A stretch of 64,000 nucleotides of DNA from Lama guanicoe (taxonomy: Eukaryota), in the NCBI GenBank assembly GCA_013239625.1, contig MU056029.1:1054001-1118000 (forward strand). Reading direction: 5' to 3'. The translations under genes and the position numbers were made by a program. The notes below the pieces were generated by a model. The model was not told the origin of the DNA, searched no databases, and saw only the letters and a program-made list of their open reading frames with translations. Shown here in pieces: positions 23,999 to 37,579 of the stretch (its first letter is position 1; each line of letters starts with the position of its first letter).

Positions 23999-26900
23999 TT
24001 TACAAGAGATCAGCATAAGTAGACATAGTATGAAAAGCATCCTTAAGAAAAGAATCTTTAAGCATAAATACAGTATGGAAAGCATCTTTGAGAAAATATA
24101 GTTAATTTTTATTTAAAAAAAAGAATCAAGACAATTAATTACACCACTTACGGAGGGCACCTCTCAAAGCTTCTGGTTGGGTAAATAATGAATTCTTTAG
24201 AACCTGTTCCCACCCATTCTGTTTAAGCAGAACCTGAGTTCGCTTTGGACCAGTACTTGATTGAATTACAGAAAATTCAGTTTCTGAAGATACCCTTAGG
24301 TCTCACTGTTCTCTCATTTCTGGCTCTGCTCCTGGCAAGCCTGACTCACAGCCACTACCTGTCCATCTGATGAGATTGGAGTGGACGGGGTCCCGAGAGC
24401 TCACCTGCCCAGGTTGGCAGAGGCAACCCTGCAACCATATAGAACCTGGTAGGTTTTCCAAACTATCTGGATAGACCAGAGAGACTCAAGGCACTGTGTC
24501 TATGTGTGCACACACATTCACACACACACACACACACCCCTACCTGCCATCCCTTTAGAAGTGCTCAGTGCACTACCAGAAAGGGGTCTTAAGCTCAACC
24601 TATTAAAATTAAAATAAAACACTTAGATTTGGTGAGCTATTCTCTCTCGGTATCTTAGGCACACTCTCCCAAATTCTCCATAATCGAACATCTCCAACAA
24701 CTGTCACAAAATGTGTTAATACCATCATGTACACCTCACATTCACGCTCTACTCACAGATGTAGGTACAACTAGACCCAACTGAATAATAATAATTAAAA
24801 GACGAAATAGATGATTAAGATGTCCACATCATGCCAAATACTACACTTAAATATTTTTTCTTCTAATGGATGGGTTTTTGCTCTTAAGAAATATTTATAT
24901 TTACATAGTGACTTGGATTAAAGACGCAGTTTCGGATCTAAATAACAGGAACTGAGTAGCTGGCTCATGGCCACTCCAGCCAGGCTGGCCCCCTCAGCAC
25001 ACGTGGTGGTCCAGGTCCAGGCCCTGTGCTGGGAGGGCCTCTGCCCTAACCGAGTCAGCTCTGCAGGGAGTCACAGCCACTCCTTTTAGCCCAGCTGGCT
25101 CTTTGGTCTCTAGACTACTTTTTCTTCAGCCTCATCTAACACACCTACAAGGGAAGACCTTTCCTTCAAGGGGCTTGGTAGGGAACAGCTGTGACTTCAG
25201 GGCTAGAAAGGCCATTCTGTCCTCAAAATACCCCCCCGACCTCACTGGAGGACGCCTGACCTCCCAGGCAGAACCCCCATTCCTTTAGCTTATTTCAATC
25301 ACAGATTACTTAGATGCATTATCCACAAAAGGCACAATACAAATACTGCTCGTTTACTTACAATCAATGACTTTTTAAGTCTTCTCATGCGCTGACATCT
25401 TGGTGACAGTGTGTTTATCAGAGCCTTTCCTAAAAGTGTGTTTTCTGGGATAGAGAAAATCCCCCAGAACACGAAGCCACGTGCTCGGCCGCCTCCTGAC
25501 CATTCCCCACCCTGGGAAAAGGTCTTTCTTCCCAGAAACTTCAGAGACCACTTATACATTCTCCTGAATTCCAAGGCTCAAACTGGAAGTTACAACACCC
25601 ACCCAATTTCCTGGGACCCAGAAGGAGGAAGGAAAGGTAGAAACAGTTTCCTTTCTTTATTCTAAGAGAGTAAAAAGGCAATTTGTAGTAAAGTGACCCA
25701 AAATGGCAACGACACATTAATACAGAGCATCACCTTTTTCTGCGCTCTCTCTCTGCGCTAGATCTTCCTTACTTACTTTGAAGCTGATTCATGGAACCGC
25801 TTTAATAATTAATGGTTTGTTTTCTTTTTATTTGTGAGTATTTGAGGGCTATGATTAGGTTCTCAGAAGTATCTGAAAATTAGAGGAACCATGTCCTCCA
25901 AACTTCACCTAGATTTCAGCACACCAGGAGGACAACTAGGAAAAAGTATCTACTAGGAAAAAGTTGGAAAAAGTATCTACCAGCCTTAACGACCATCCAT
26001 AAATGGGCAGGTCAGAATTTACTTTCCAATCAAGCACTAGGGTTGGCTCTCCCAGGGCATCCCAGAGAGATGCTGTTAACATATCTAAAGACAAAAACAA
26101 AGGGCAGCCCAGAACAAAAGTGTGAGCAGAGTTAAGAGTTAATGCAAGGCTTGGCAAAGCCACCTCTAGAATGGACGTCCAGTAAACTCAGACTCTCGAA
26201 AGACGTGAGCATGAGACCCACTCAATTCTTTTGGTTGCTTCATCTTCCAAAGCAATGGTCCCATTACGATCTGACTCCTTGGAAGGTTGATCGCAGGGAC
26301 AGAAGGAGCTAGCCATGTGGCTGTCAGTGCTCAGCCTGCTGACAACTTCTTCTTTTAAATGAATCGGTTCACAGTCTGGTACCTCCTTGGGCTCTTGGGG
26401 ATGTTATTGCATCCGGCGTTAGGATCTCGGGGGGTGGACAATGAATTGACTGCGGAGTGTTGGGATCCTGGCCACACCCTGCCCAGGTCTGTGCCTTCCC
26501 TCATTTTATTTGAGAAGGAAAAGACAAGAGAAACAGAGACAGACAGACAGGCAGGCAGGCAGGCAGACAGAGGTGGGGAGGGGAGAGAGAGGGAGCGTAG
26601 AAGGGATGCACCGAGGTGCTATATTCTCCCTGGGGTGGCCATGGCCTCAGACCATGCTCACGGCGGAGCCAGGAGGGCACTCCAGGGGACTGGCTCTGCA
26701 GGAGCCCTGGTTCCTGGCAGCCCAGGGCCAGTTCCAGGGCATCTGGGCACTTGTGCTGCTCTCTTTCCCAAGTGGAACTGTGGCTCGCTGAGGCCAAGGT
26801 CAAGGTCAAGAACTAGATGAGCCCAGGGCTCACTGTCAAGTTTCCCTAAGTGAAAACCCATGAAATGCTGGTGTGAGTTCACATGCACAGCGACTGAGCC

Positions 26901-27858
26901 TCGACTTGAAAGCAGAGGATGGCGGCTCCACCGAGCTGGTTTCTCCACCGCAGCAGGACCCTTCACAAAGGACCCACCCAGAGGCCAGCATCCATCCTTG
27001 CCAGGCACCTCCTGCATCCTTGGCGATGAAACCAGTGCTACCGCACAGGATGTGGGGTGTAGCGACTTATCTCCCACAGTGTGAATAACAGAAGTGACCA
27101 CAGAAACTCTTGCCCATGGGAAAGTCCCCTGCCTTCTGGTAACGGCTTCCAAGCCCCTTACTTACTAACCACAGTGGCCACACCGTCCACTGAAATCATG
27201 TTTTCTGAGCTCATTAGGATAGCTGCCGGCTGACAGCACATTTCTAAAACACCCTCTCTGAGCTATCAGACTAACACAGTGAGAACTGCACTCCCTGGCT
27301 CCTGAGAATTCAAACGTATGTGTTAGGATTTCACTCTGACCTGGCCAAGCACACGCCATATGACGTCGTGACTGTGGTACACTCACCCTGCTTGCCCCCA
27401 CCTCGCCTCACCGTACCATTTTCAGATCCAGGTCTGACCTACTTACCTCCTTTGCATGGCTGCATGGTACACCGACTCGAGTCTGTTTGGGAAAGACCTA
27501 ATCGACCTTCTGATGACCACAAAATCTTAAAGTATTCTTCAGACAGTAGAAGTGGCTTGAGGACCACCCAGAGCCTCACACAGTTCCCTCCACAAAAGCC
27601 CAGAGCCACTCTAACTGCTTCCAGAAAGCTTCCCGAGACGAGGAAGAGTGCCCTGCCCAGGGCCCAGGGCAGAGAACCCTTCCCAGCCTCAGACCAACAT
27701 CCGCTCTGGGGCCAGCACCTGTCCTGTCTGGTTCTTCATTCCAGAGCACCCCCAGCACAAACAGAGCCCCTCAGTCTCCAAGATGCCCTTCAAGGGTGGA
27801 GAAAACAGGCTCTGACCCAGGGGCCAGTCATCTTCATTCTTTTTTCCCTCTCTCTCGC

Positions 27859-28200
27859 TTTTTTAAGTGAAGTATAGTCAGTTTACAATGTTGTGTTTAT
27901 TTCTGGTGTACAGCATAGTGATTCAGTTACACATATACATATATACATTCCTTTTCAAATTCTTTTTCATTATAGGGCATTACAAGATATTGAATATAGT
28001 TCTCGGTGCTGTACAGTAGTTCCTTGTTGTTTGTCTATTTTATGTATAGTAGTATGTATCTGCAAATCTCGAACTTCCAATTTATCCCTCCCCACCACTT
28101 TCCCCCGGTAACCAAAGTTTGTTTTCTATGTCTGCGAGCCTTTCTCTGTTTTGTAAATAAGTTCATTTGTGTCTTTTTTTTTTTTAGATTCCATGTATGA
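27859..28200 (-). mobile_element. L1 3'UTR fragment
   Basis: Reverse complement of the L1 tail seen at 9700-10050 and 19640-19950. Confidence 0.9.
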
Positions 28201-28248
28201 TAACAGTGAGCTTTCTTAGCCTCGTCCTCCATTCCTTTTATAACATGG

Positions 28249-28651
28249 TGTGATGGTTGATTCTGGGTCAACTTGGCTAAGTTGCCCAGAATCTTGGTCA
28301 GACATCAGTCTTGATGTTGCAGAGAAAGCATTTTTCTGATGGGATTAACATTTAAATCAGATGACTCTGAGTAAAGCGGGTGACCCTCTGAAGTGTGGTG
28401 GGCCAGGTGTAATCAGTTGAAGGTCGTAAGAGAAAAGACAGCGGTCCTCCTAAGAGGAAGCTATTCTGCATCCATATGGCCTCTGGACTCAAGCTGCAGC
28501 ATCAGCTTCTTTGGGTCTTCTGCCTGCTGCCCATCAACAGATTTCAGACTCACCAGCCTCCACAATCACATAGGCCAGCTGCTTAAACTAAACCTCTCTG
28601 TATGTATGTACCCCTCCTATTAGTTCTGTGTCTCTGGAGAAAGCCCTGAGA
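28249..28651 (+). mobile_element. MLT2-like ERVL solo LTR
   Basis: Starts 'tgtgatggtt..gtcaacttggcta', contains 'gattaacatttaaatcag..gactctgagtaaagc', ends 'ttctgtgtctctggagaa..ccctga'. CATGG occurs on both flanks. Confidence 0.8.
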
Positions 28652-30844
28652 CATGGCTTTCAGGCACTTCATCCTTCCTACCACCTTCGGAGCACCATAG
28701 TGGAACTGAGCCCTCCCTGGGAAAGAGTCACCAGTCAGGGGCCGCACTATGCACAACCCAGAGCCACACTGCCTTGCCATGGGACCGACCCTGCCGGAGG
28801 TAATGATCCGGCTCTGCTGTGGACAGAGGGTCACACGTAGGTCGACTCAACCTCCCCATGCAACGTGCCTTCTGGCAGAGAGGATGCTTCCTTTCCAGAC
28901 TAAAATCCCCCGCACTTGTTCTTTCCCTCATTCACAGCATTACAGGTTAAAAGCAAAGCCAGTCAGCCTGAGTCAAGAACAAACCACATACTAGCAGCTG
29001 ACTTCGTTAGCCACTGACTCAGACTTTCCCTTCAACTGGACAGAGGAACGTTCGAGAAGTGGCTGGGATTATCACCCCCACCGACGCCATGAGGATGGGG
29101 TGCCTGGCTTTAGGACCGGGGCGGAGAGGTGTGGAGAGTGAGGCATGGTCCCTTCAAGGCCTCCGGGAACAGCCTTAAATCTTGGAGCCAATCGAAATCA
29201 ACCAACCAGCAAACCATCAGTATTTCTAAGATTAGCCGTTCTCCATCCTGTGGATCCCTCATCCTCCACTTGGTCCAGAAACTAGACTTGCAAGGTCTGC
29301 ACACCCTGGGTGGATTCAGGTGATGGGAGGCTGTATCTGCCTCCCATTAATTCTTCGGGGAGGAAATCAATGTAAGTTTCTAAACGCTCATCTCTCCCTC
29401 AGAATCAGATCATTACAAACATAAATAACACCCAACCAATATCGACTCCCCATACGGGAAGCATGCATCTGTCAGCTCCAAGTTGCTCCATCTGACCAGC
29501 AACATGTCTCCACGGACCCTGTGGCCATGCTGAGCATCCGAGAAGTCAGGACCCCTGAGAAAGCCCTTTTGTCTCAGCTATTCCAGAGCACAGATTAATA
29601 TCCATGTTTGCGTTTGCAAATGTCAGGATACAGGTAACGTCCCATGTGAACAAAACAGAAACCAGAAGTTGATGTTGGTTCTGATCAGCGCCAGGCATCC
29701 CCCGGCTGTGCAACTGGGGAAACGTTATTCCCAGTGACGTCAAAGCACGTTTGTTATAAAACCGCCACAGCACCTGGAGAAAAATCTCTTTGAACATCAG
29801 AATTCCTTGCTACTTCGCTTCGGTTTTCCCTGAGCACCTTCTGAGACCTTGTGCTTTTCCTGAGGACGGTCACTAAATCACCGGCTCAAATATGTCACCC
29901 GCAGTTCCGTCTGCCTAATGTGTGACGCGAACACCTAAACTTTGGCTTCTTACACTTCTCTCCTACCGCTCAGCTGGTGATGACTCACCCCTGTACACGA
30001 AAGCCTGCCTCCACCTTCACACCGACAATGTGCGCAGTAAGGTTCCTGTTCAGTCCTGGAAGAGGCGTTTCCATCCCCGCCTCCCCTTCCCACTCCCAGG
30101 GAAACACGCCCCTTCTCCTGTTGTTTTGGAGAACATGCCCATTATCATTTGCAGGCAGAAAGCAGATAAAGTCTTACAATGGAGCAGATGAAACAGGGGC
30201 AGGGCCTGGGACAAAAGGAGGAGGGACCCAACCTACCACGTAACCTCCTGCAGCCGACTGCCTCCCAGACGACTCCCAGCTCCTACCTGAGTGCAGCAGC
30301 ATCAATCAATTCCATGTTCTAGAAACTTGCTCTTCTGCCCACAGGAGCCCAAAGCTGCAAGGGGGCTGTGAGGCTGGATCCCAGCTTTGCTCCTAACTAG
30401 CAGGGAAGCCTGAGGAAGGCCCCACCCTGCACCTCCGTGGATGTGAGAGTGACAGACCGGTACTATCAGGATTACGCTCCAACACCTGGAGGAGCTGGCA
30501 TTGTCAGATACGAGGTGGGAGGACATTCCCCTGCTCAAAGTGGGTGACACCCTTCAGACCAGGCCCATGACTGCCCGGTGCACACGCCTGCCAGCCTCCC
30601 ACGGCCCTCCGTGAGCAGGGACCCAGCAGGCTGGCCCACAGCCCTGGGAGCAGCTCATCTGACGACGTCAGCTTCCCGCAACACTGCCGCCTGAACCCCA
30701 GGGGGCACTGACCCAGCAGGTTCCCTGGGTCGTGGACACACATTCAGGGAAGAGTCAGGGAGGAGGGGTGCAGGCTCCCCCCTCAGCTTCCAAAGGGGCT
30801 CCCAGGCCAGTGGGGTGCAAGCCACCCCAAGAAATACTGCTGGG

Positions 30845-31100
30845 ACATAGAATAGGGGGGAGGAGTGGGAAGGGATAAACTGGGAGTTCAGGATTTGCAG
30901 ATATGACTGGTATATACAAAACAGATAAACAAGTTTATACTGTATAGCACAGGGGAATGTATTCAGTATCTTGTAGTTGCTTATGGTGAAAAGAACATGA
31001 AAATGAATATATGTTCATATATGCCTGAAGAACTGTGCTGTCCACCAGAAATTTGACACATTGTAAGCTGATTATAACTCAATTAAAATAAATTTTTTTA
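30845..31100 (+). mobile_element. 5'-truncated L1 with 16-bp TSD
   Basis: L1 tail; TSD AAGAA(A/G)TACTGCTGGG at 30829-30844 and 31101-31116. Confidence 0.9.
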
Positions 31101-32579
31101 AAGAAGTACTGCTGGGTCCACATGGCCATGACCTACCAATGCTGGAGCTTTGTGGGAAGTGGTTTCTAAGGGCTTTTCTGTTGAGATTCCCTCTATTACA
31201 AAATAATAAGAACGCAAACAGCCTATCTGAACTAGACCTTCCTCTAGACGACCGAGGGTCAAGGTCAGCTCAGGCCTGAGTCAGCCCGCCCGGAGCTCCA
31301 GCACTCCCGCGTCACCAGGTCTCGCCGGCGGAGTTGCAGAATGACAGTGGCCACGGCGGTCTGCTCCCTGCCCTTTCGCCAGCCCCGGGCCAGCTCCTGA
31401 CACGGGGTCAACACGCTACAGTGTCTGTGGAATAAATGAATCAACGAGATGAACAACCTCCCGCTGACGTCTGTACGGGAAGATGAGTCTCACGGGAAAG
31501 AAGACCGGACAACTCAGTCTGTGTGAGAAGACGTGGTGCCACCCTTGTCTCTTGGAGTCCAAAAAAAGGAGGAAATCCAATACTTCTAATGTATTTAGAC
31601 TTTACAGCTTTCTCCATCCTGACTGAAGCAGATGAAACCTACTGTAAGACCGTATAAAACGAGGCACTTGTGAGTAGCGAACCGGCTGATGGAAAGGAAG
31701 GCTTGAAGTAAAGCTGCGTGTCTCTGAATAGAGACACGTAAGTGGGAAGAAGTCTGTGGGAAGGCAGGGAGATGGTTGCTGACGCGTCCCGAGCTGAGGA
31801 GGAGGGCACAAGTCCATCTCCGAGTTTGCAGATGCTCCCAAGCTGCCATGGCGAGTACAAGGTCCAGTTAGTGGGCGTAACCACAGCAGAACCTTCAGGA
31901 GTGGGATTTAAGAAAACAAAGATGCAGTAGGCAGCACTTCGGTGCTTGCAAGTCTAAGTTAATGTAATTATTTACTAAAGGAATGGCTCCAAGTTCTCAT
32001 TTTGCAACCTGGGAAAGGAAGCTAGAAAGGCTGAGACCTTGATGCTTTCTGCACTCAGAAATGAGCATGCAAGACTCCACCCACCTAGCAGGATGGAAAA
32101 CGGGACTCAACAGACCATCTGCTCCCCCCACCCCGACACTGACACCCATACCTGGATGCTAGGTGGCCACATGGCAGGAATAAGAAAATGTCCTGGATGC
32201 AGTTCAAGTGAGGAGAAGGAAAACGACTGGGGTAGGAAAGGAAATGCTCAAGTGTGGGAAGGCAGAAGCACCAGGACTCTGGAGCCCACATTTTCTTGGT
32301 GGAGGGGGTTTTAACTCCTCTCCTTCTTACTCAGGCCTGCTGTCTTAAACTTGCACATCAAGTGACTTCCCAGCTGCACGCCTTTCCTTTCCCACCACTG
32401 TTACATGCAGATCCTGGTCACCTCTCTTCTGGACAAATGCACCAGCCTCTTCCCGGTGAAATCCATCCTCCCTGGGTTCTGGATTTTTCTCTAGGGTACC
32501 TGTCACTTTCTTATATATATAAAAAAAAAACTTAAATAGCTTGACATTCACTACAGAAAACTAGAAACATTTTTGCAGA

Positions 32580-33020
32580 CATATTACTCAGGACTCTCTG
32601 GAGAAATAACAGGAGACAGATAGATACAGAAACCAAGACAGAAAGACAGAGACAGGGACAGAGAGAGACAAGGGACTATAAAGACCTGGCCCATGTGATT
32701 ACAGAGCTGAGCCCAGGAGAGCTGCTGACGTAGTTCCAGCCTGAAGGCCAGCAGGCTGGAGTCTTAAGCAGAGCCAACAGTCTGGCAGGAGAAATTCCCC
32801 CTGACTCAAAGCAGGGTAAGCCCTTCTGTTCAATTCTGACCTTCAACTGATGGAATGAGGCCCACCCACACTGGGGAGGGCAATCTGTTTTACTGAGCTT
32901 CAGATTCAAATGTTAATGTCAACGAGAAACACCCTCACAGACACACCCAGAACCATGTCTGACCAAATATCTGGGCACCTCCTCACCCAGCCCTGTTGAC
33001 ACATAAAGTTCACCACCACA
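32580..33020 (-). mobile_element. MLT2-like ERVL solo LTR
   Basis: Antisense MLT2 motifs 'ccttcaactgatggaatgaggcccacccacac..gagggcaatctg' and 'gttgacacataaa..caccaccaca'. 5-bp TSD GCAGA at 32575-32579 and 33021-33025. Confidence 0.85.
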
Positions 33021-33093
33021 GCAGAATCCTAAGACCTTTAATGATCTGTCCCAGGCTTAACACTCTTCTGCAGGACTCACAGAAAACTGAAAT

Positions 33094-33214
33094 ATTGTTC
33101 AAAAACTATGAAGAATTTCAGGATGGTGAGAGCAGAGCCTTAAAACCAAGTGTGGAGCCCTTCCAAGCATGGGGTTCAAGTGATAACAGACTGCATGCCC
33201 TTGAAGCTGGCCCT
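33094..33214 (-). mobile_element. MER91A-like hAT DNA transposon fossil
   Basis: Reverse complement 'agggccagcttcaagggcatgc...gaagggctccacacttggttttaaggctctgct..ccatcctgaaattcttcatagtttttgaacaa' resembles MER91A as recalled. Confidence 0.65.
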
Positions 33215-34784
33215 TTTCTTCAGTATTCTAAATTCACTGCTCGATGACAAAAGCCACCTTTCCCACACCTGCACATGTGTCCTGCGGAAGCCCTGTATGC
33301 CCTTCCTCAGCCTGGCCAGTGGTCTGCCTCCCCTGGGGAGCCCTGAGCAGTCCTTCCTCTGTAGCCCTGGTCTAGGTGAGGCCCTCATCCATCACTCACA
33401 CAGAATGCTGAGCCCCTGGTCCCGCCCATGTCCTGGCACTGACCACTCTGGTCTCCTCACATGCCCATCTCCCCACTATACTGTGAGCTTAGTGAGACCA
33501 CGGGACTATCCATGGGCTTCTCTTGGATGTAACAGCGTGTCAGTGTACAGCTGGCATTCAGTCAATGTGGGCTGCACTTAGAAATAGCTATCACAGAACT
33601 TCATGATAGATAATCAGAATCGCCAGCAGATGTCAACAGCTTTACCATGTACCAGGCCCTATTTATTCAAAGTATTTCCCATACGATGGTGGATTTATTC
33701 CTTATAACAAGCTTCCCGTAGCCACCTGTCAGTGCCCCACCATGCACTATGCGTCTCCCGCTTCACTTGGGTGAGGCAGTGTAAAGTATGTGTGCTAGCA
33801 CCTTTTCCCACCCTCTCCCGGAGGATTACACTCCAGTCACCCTCGGTGGTGAGTGGATGATTAATAAGGCTTGTGGGCCGCCTTCTCCTCCCTACATCAC
33901 CGCCCCTCCTTTGCCAGCTTCCCAAGGAAAGCACTTGCACCTAGATCTTCAGGTCAGAGTCTGCTTCTAGGGGAGCCAAAGCAAGAAAGCCAGTATTATG
34001 GAAACTGGAGACCCAGAAGTTAACTAGTCCAGTGAAGGATGGGACAATGGCAGACGAGGAAGGGGTGCGTGAATGGTTATTGAATTAAATGGTGAAAGAT
34101 AGAAAGTTCTGATCCAAGTCACTAAGAGGACAATTTCAAGGGGAAAGTGAACTTCGGTTTGTTTTCTACATTCTGAAAATACCTGGCCACGTGTTACCAC
34201 TGAATATGAGTCTAAAAGACATAATTTAGGGAAAATGATAAGCAGTATTAGGTAACGAACAGGGGAAGTTATCTCAAGAGATCACTCAGAATGAAACAAG
34301 TAATGAGGTTCAAGAACAGTTACAGTGAATTTCTGAAATAATAATAAATAATAAAAAATTACTATTCTGAAATAATAATAAGTTATTAAAGGGAGCTTGA
34401 GATAACAGGAAGAGACTTCTAACTTGCCAAGGTCGTTGCTATGAAAGACCCACAGTGTTGGCTGTTGGCTGGGATACTGGGTTGGACCACCATTTCTCAG
34501 GAAGTACGGTGGTTCTCGTGTTCCTAAACTGTGAGTGAATGCCATAGAAAAGGAAGACCATCACTATTTTGAAAAAAGACAAGATGGAAAAATAGCAGAT
34601 TTTCAACAACAAGCAAGGATGAGAAGCCACTGTAGTTTTCAGGAGAGTCTCACATTCACACTGTCATGGGGAATATTCCAGGAACCTCAGCAAGAGTGTT
34701 TATATTGATAAATAACAAAGTATGAAGTATATCACTACGCCTAAAACCCTAAAAAACATACAACTTCGATTACAAGTTAAGAGT

Positions 34785-35612
34785 AGATGCTGACAAACGC
34801 TGGAGAGGGTGAGGAGAAAAGCGACCCCTCCTACACTGTTGGTGGGGATGTAATTGGGGCAGCCATTGTAGAAAAACAGTATGGAGATTCCTTAAAAAAA
34901 CTAAAAACAGAGTTACCATGTAGGATCCTGCAAACCCACTCCTGGGCACATATCTGGAGAAAACTCTAACTCGAAAAGATACATACACCTTATTGTTCAT
35001 TTACGATAGACAAGACATAGAGGTAACCTTAATGCCCATCAACAGATGACTGGAAAAAGAAGTTGAGTGTATTTTATGGATGAGTAGTATTCAGTTCTGT
35101 GTGTGTGTGTGTGTGTCCCCTGTAATAAACCACATAGAAAAGAATATGAAAAATAATATATATGTGTATATATGTATATATAAACAATGGAATACTACTC
35201 AGCCATAAAAAAGAATAAAATAATGCCGTTTGCAGCAGTAGGGATGGATCTAGAGATGATCATACTAAATGAAATAAATCAGACAGAGAAAAACAAATAC
35301 CATATGATATCACTTATGTGTGGAATCTAAAATAGGACAAAACAGAAACAGATTCAAAGGATATAGAAAAAAAATTTATGACTACCAAAAGGGGAAGGGC
35401 ATGAGGGAGGGATAAATTAGGATATATATACATATAAAATAGATAAATAAGGTCTTACACAGGCATAGCACAGGGAACTGCATTTAGTATCTTGTAATAA
35501 GGCACATAAAAAAATATGAAAAAATATTTATGTGTATATATATAACTGAATCACTATGCTGTACACCAGAAACACAACACTGTAAATCAACTATACCTCA
35601 ATTTTTAAAAAA
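34785..35612 (+). mobile_element. L1 ORF2 end plus 3'UTR with small internal rearrangement
   Basis: 'acaaacgctggagagggtgaggagaaaagcgacccctcctacactgttggtggg' through 'tgtaaatcaactatacctcaat'. (TG)n at 35098-35116. Confidence 0.9.
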
Positions 35613-35759
35613 ACAGTAGATTTTCTTTTAAAAAAGCATAGATGGTAACTGCTCCAAGACGTTTAGATGGCCACACTTTGGCTTTAACGTTTAATTTGAT
35701 AATAGCTGAATAGCTCGTGAAAATATACCACAGATCAAAGGATTTTGTTAAAGTCAGGA

Positions 35760-36170
35760 TAAGACGCCAGCAACGCCGCCTGACCTGCCCTGGCATCACC
35801 CCGGGAGACGTGAGCTCCTGCACCGTCAGGGCGCTGGCACGCTCCTGCTGCTGGACACCCGGTGCTCGGCCCGGGGACCGCCTAGGGGCCGCTGCGCGGC
35901 GTACCACACGCAGGCTACTCTGGAAAGAATACGGCTCCTAAAGCTCTGCCTGGAGTGTTACTCTTCCGCACTAAGTGGCAGTTCCTTCACCCACAGCAGT
36001 GCACCCAGGAAAGTGCTGAGGTGGGATCGATCACCTCAGCAAAAGAGCCAGAGACCCGGCGGCCAGGTAGCTCTCCCGGCCCCGGGGCACCGCAGGGCCG
36101 CCCCTGTGGAGCTGGGTGCAGGGGATGCAGGCTCCTGGCTGCTGGGTGGCTGTCTGAGCCACGTCACGGC
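35760..36170. promoter_or_regulatory. CpG-rich island-like patch
   Basis: Many retained CpGs and high GC relative to the flanks; not a recognisable repeat. Confidence 0.4.
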
Positions 36171-36260
36171 ACTCACCTCCCTCCTGCAGCCTAACTTTCA
36201 TCATTTATTTCGAAGCTACTTCACAAGAAATTTACCGATGCTACCTTTTGAAAGAAAATA

Positions 36261-36264
<4 letters not shown>

Positions 36265-36297
<33 letters not shown>
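36265..36297. repeat. (TA)16 microsatellite
   Basis: Pure TA run. Confidence 0.95.
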
Positions 36298-36300
<3 letters not shown>

Positions 36301-37059
36301 GGACTGAGAATTCAGTGAAGACTTTCAAGTTCCAAAGTGCTTTATTAAATGAACTCGTTCATACAAACAACTAACCGCTAACAGAAGCGACTCCCTCTTG
36401 ACAAAAGGGGGAAAAAATCACGAGTGCTATCAGAGAAGGAAAAAAGTTCCAACGCCGTGTCCCAAACGGGAGGGACCTGGCACACCTTGGCATCATTCTC
36501 CTTCAGTCCTTGTGTTTTCTCTCCTTCACCCTCCCCCTTTCCATACCTTCCTCATTCCCTCCTTCCTCTCCTTTCTTCTCTTCCTTCCCAATTTTTTCTC
36601 AGAACGCTGGGAAACTATACGACATAAAATATTTACAACCATTGCATCCTATTTTTTTGTGATACATTTAATTGTTAAAAGTCTGACAAACAAGATCAAG
36701 TGTGGCACGTCTTCCATTTCCCATACAGATTTGCTACTGCCATCCTGTAGGATGTCTGGTCCTGTCTAATTACACCCGCTGATAGAATTTTAATAAATGT
36801 TTCCCTGATGGATATTCTTTTCACATCACTAGATAATGTGTATTTAAAGAAGAAATCCTGCTTCAAACCAAATAATTACCTAGAATAAACACATTATTTC
36901 AGTATTTACTAGGTTACAAGTCACCAAATCTTCACATCACTTTCATCCTCACAGAACATTCGTTTGGTGTCCAGTGGGCAAGCCACTACTGAGGAAGCCT
37001 GGCTGACTTAATGACATATCATCTTTAGTCAAAAAATCAAAGAAATTACACCTGGCAAT

Positions 37060-37579
37060 TGTAACAGAAAAGAACAAATCTGACTCCACATTAGATCTGT
37101 TCCTTTGGCTTTAACCCTGTGCCCTGTTTTCCAGGCTTAGTCTTGCCAGCTCTGCACCTTTTGTAAAACAATGTTGTCTTTAGCCTGAAATATACAGGAG
37201 TCTGTTCTCAAGGCTCTGACCTTTAAGAATATTAACACTCTTGCACTTATATAAAGATGACAAGTTGCAGAATAGGGAATAACATTTGTTTTGCTGGAGG
37301 TTTTGCAGGGGCACCATGACCTGACCCACGTGGACAGCTGCAAGAACAAAGAATTCCTACACCAAGAAGTTTGCAGCAACCAACCACACTCCCTCCCCTT
37401 TTTAGTATAAAAGGAGCCTGAATTCTGACTGGGGGAGGATGGTTCTCTAGGACATTAGTCTGCCATCTTCTCGGTCTGCTGGCTTTCCAAATAAAATTGC
37501 AATTCCTTGCCCCAACACCTCATCTGCCGATTTATTGGCCTGTCGTGCGGCGAGCAGAACGAGTTTGGACTCGGTAACA
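37060..37579 (+). mobile_element. ERV1-class solo LTR, family X copy 1
   Basis: TG...CA termini, 4-bp TSD CAAT (37056-59 / 37580-83), TATAAAA at 37406 and AATAAA at 37490. Confidence 0.92.

Noticed and set aside
25935..25980. Short direct repeats (ACTAGGAAAAAGT, GGAAAAAGTATCTAC)
   Set aside because: Only 2-3 overlapping units with no unique spacers: a slippage duplication, not a CRISPR-like array.
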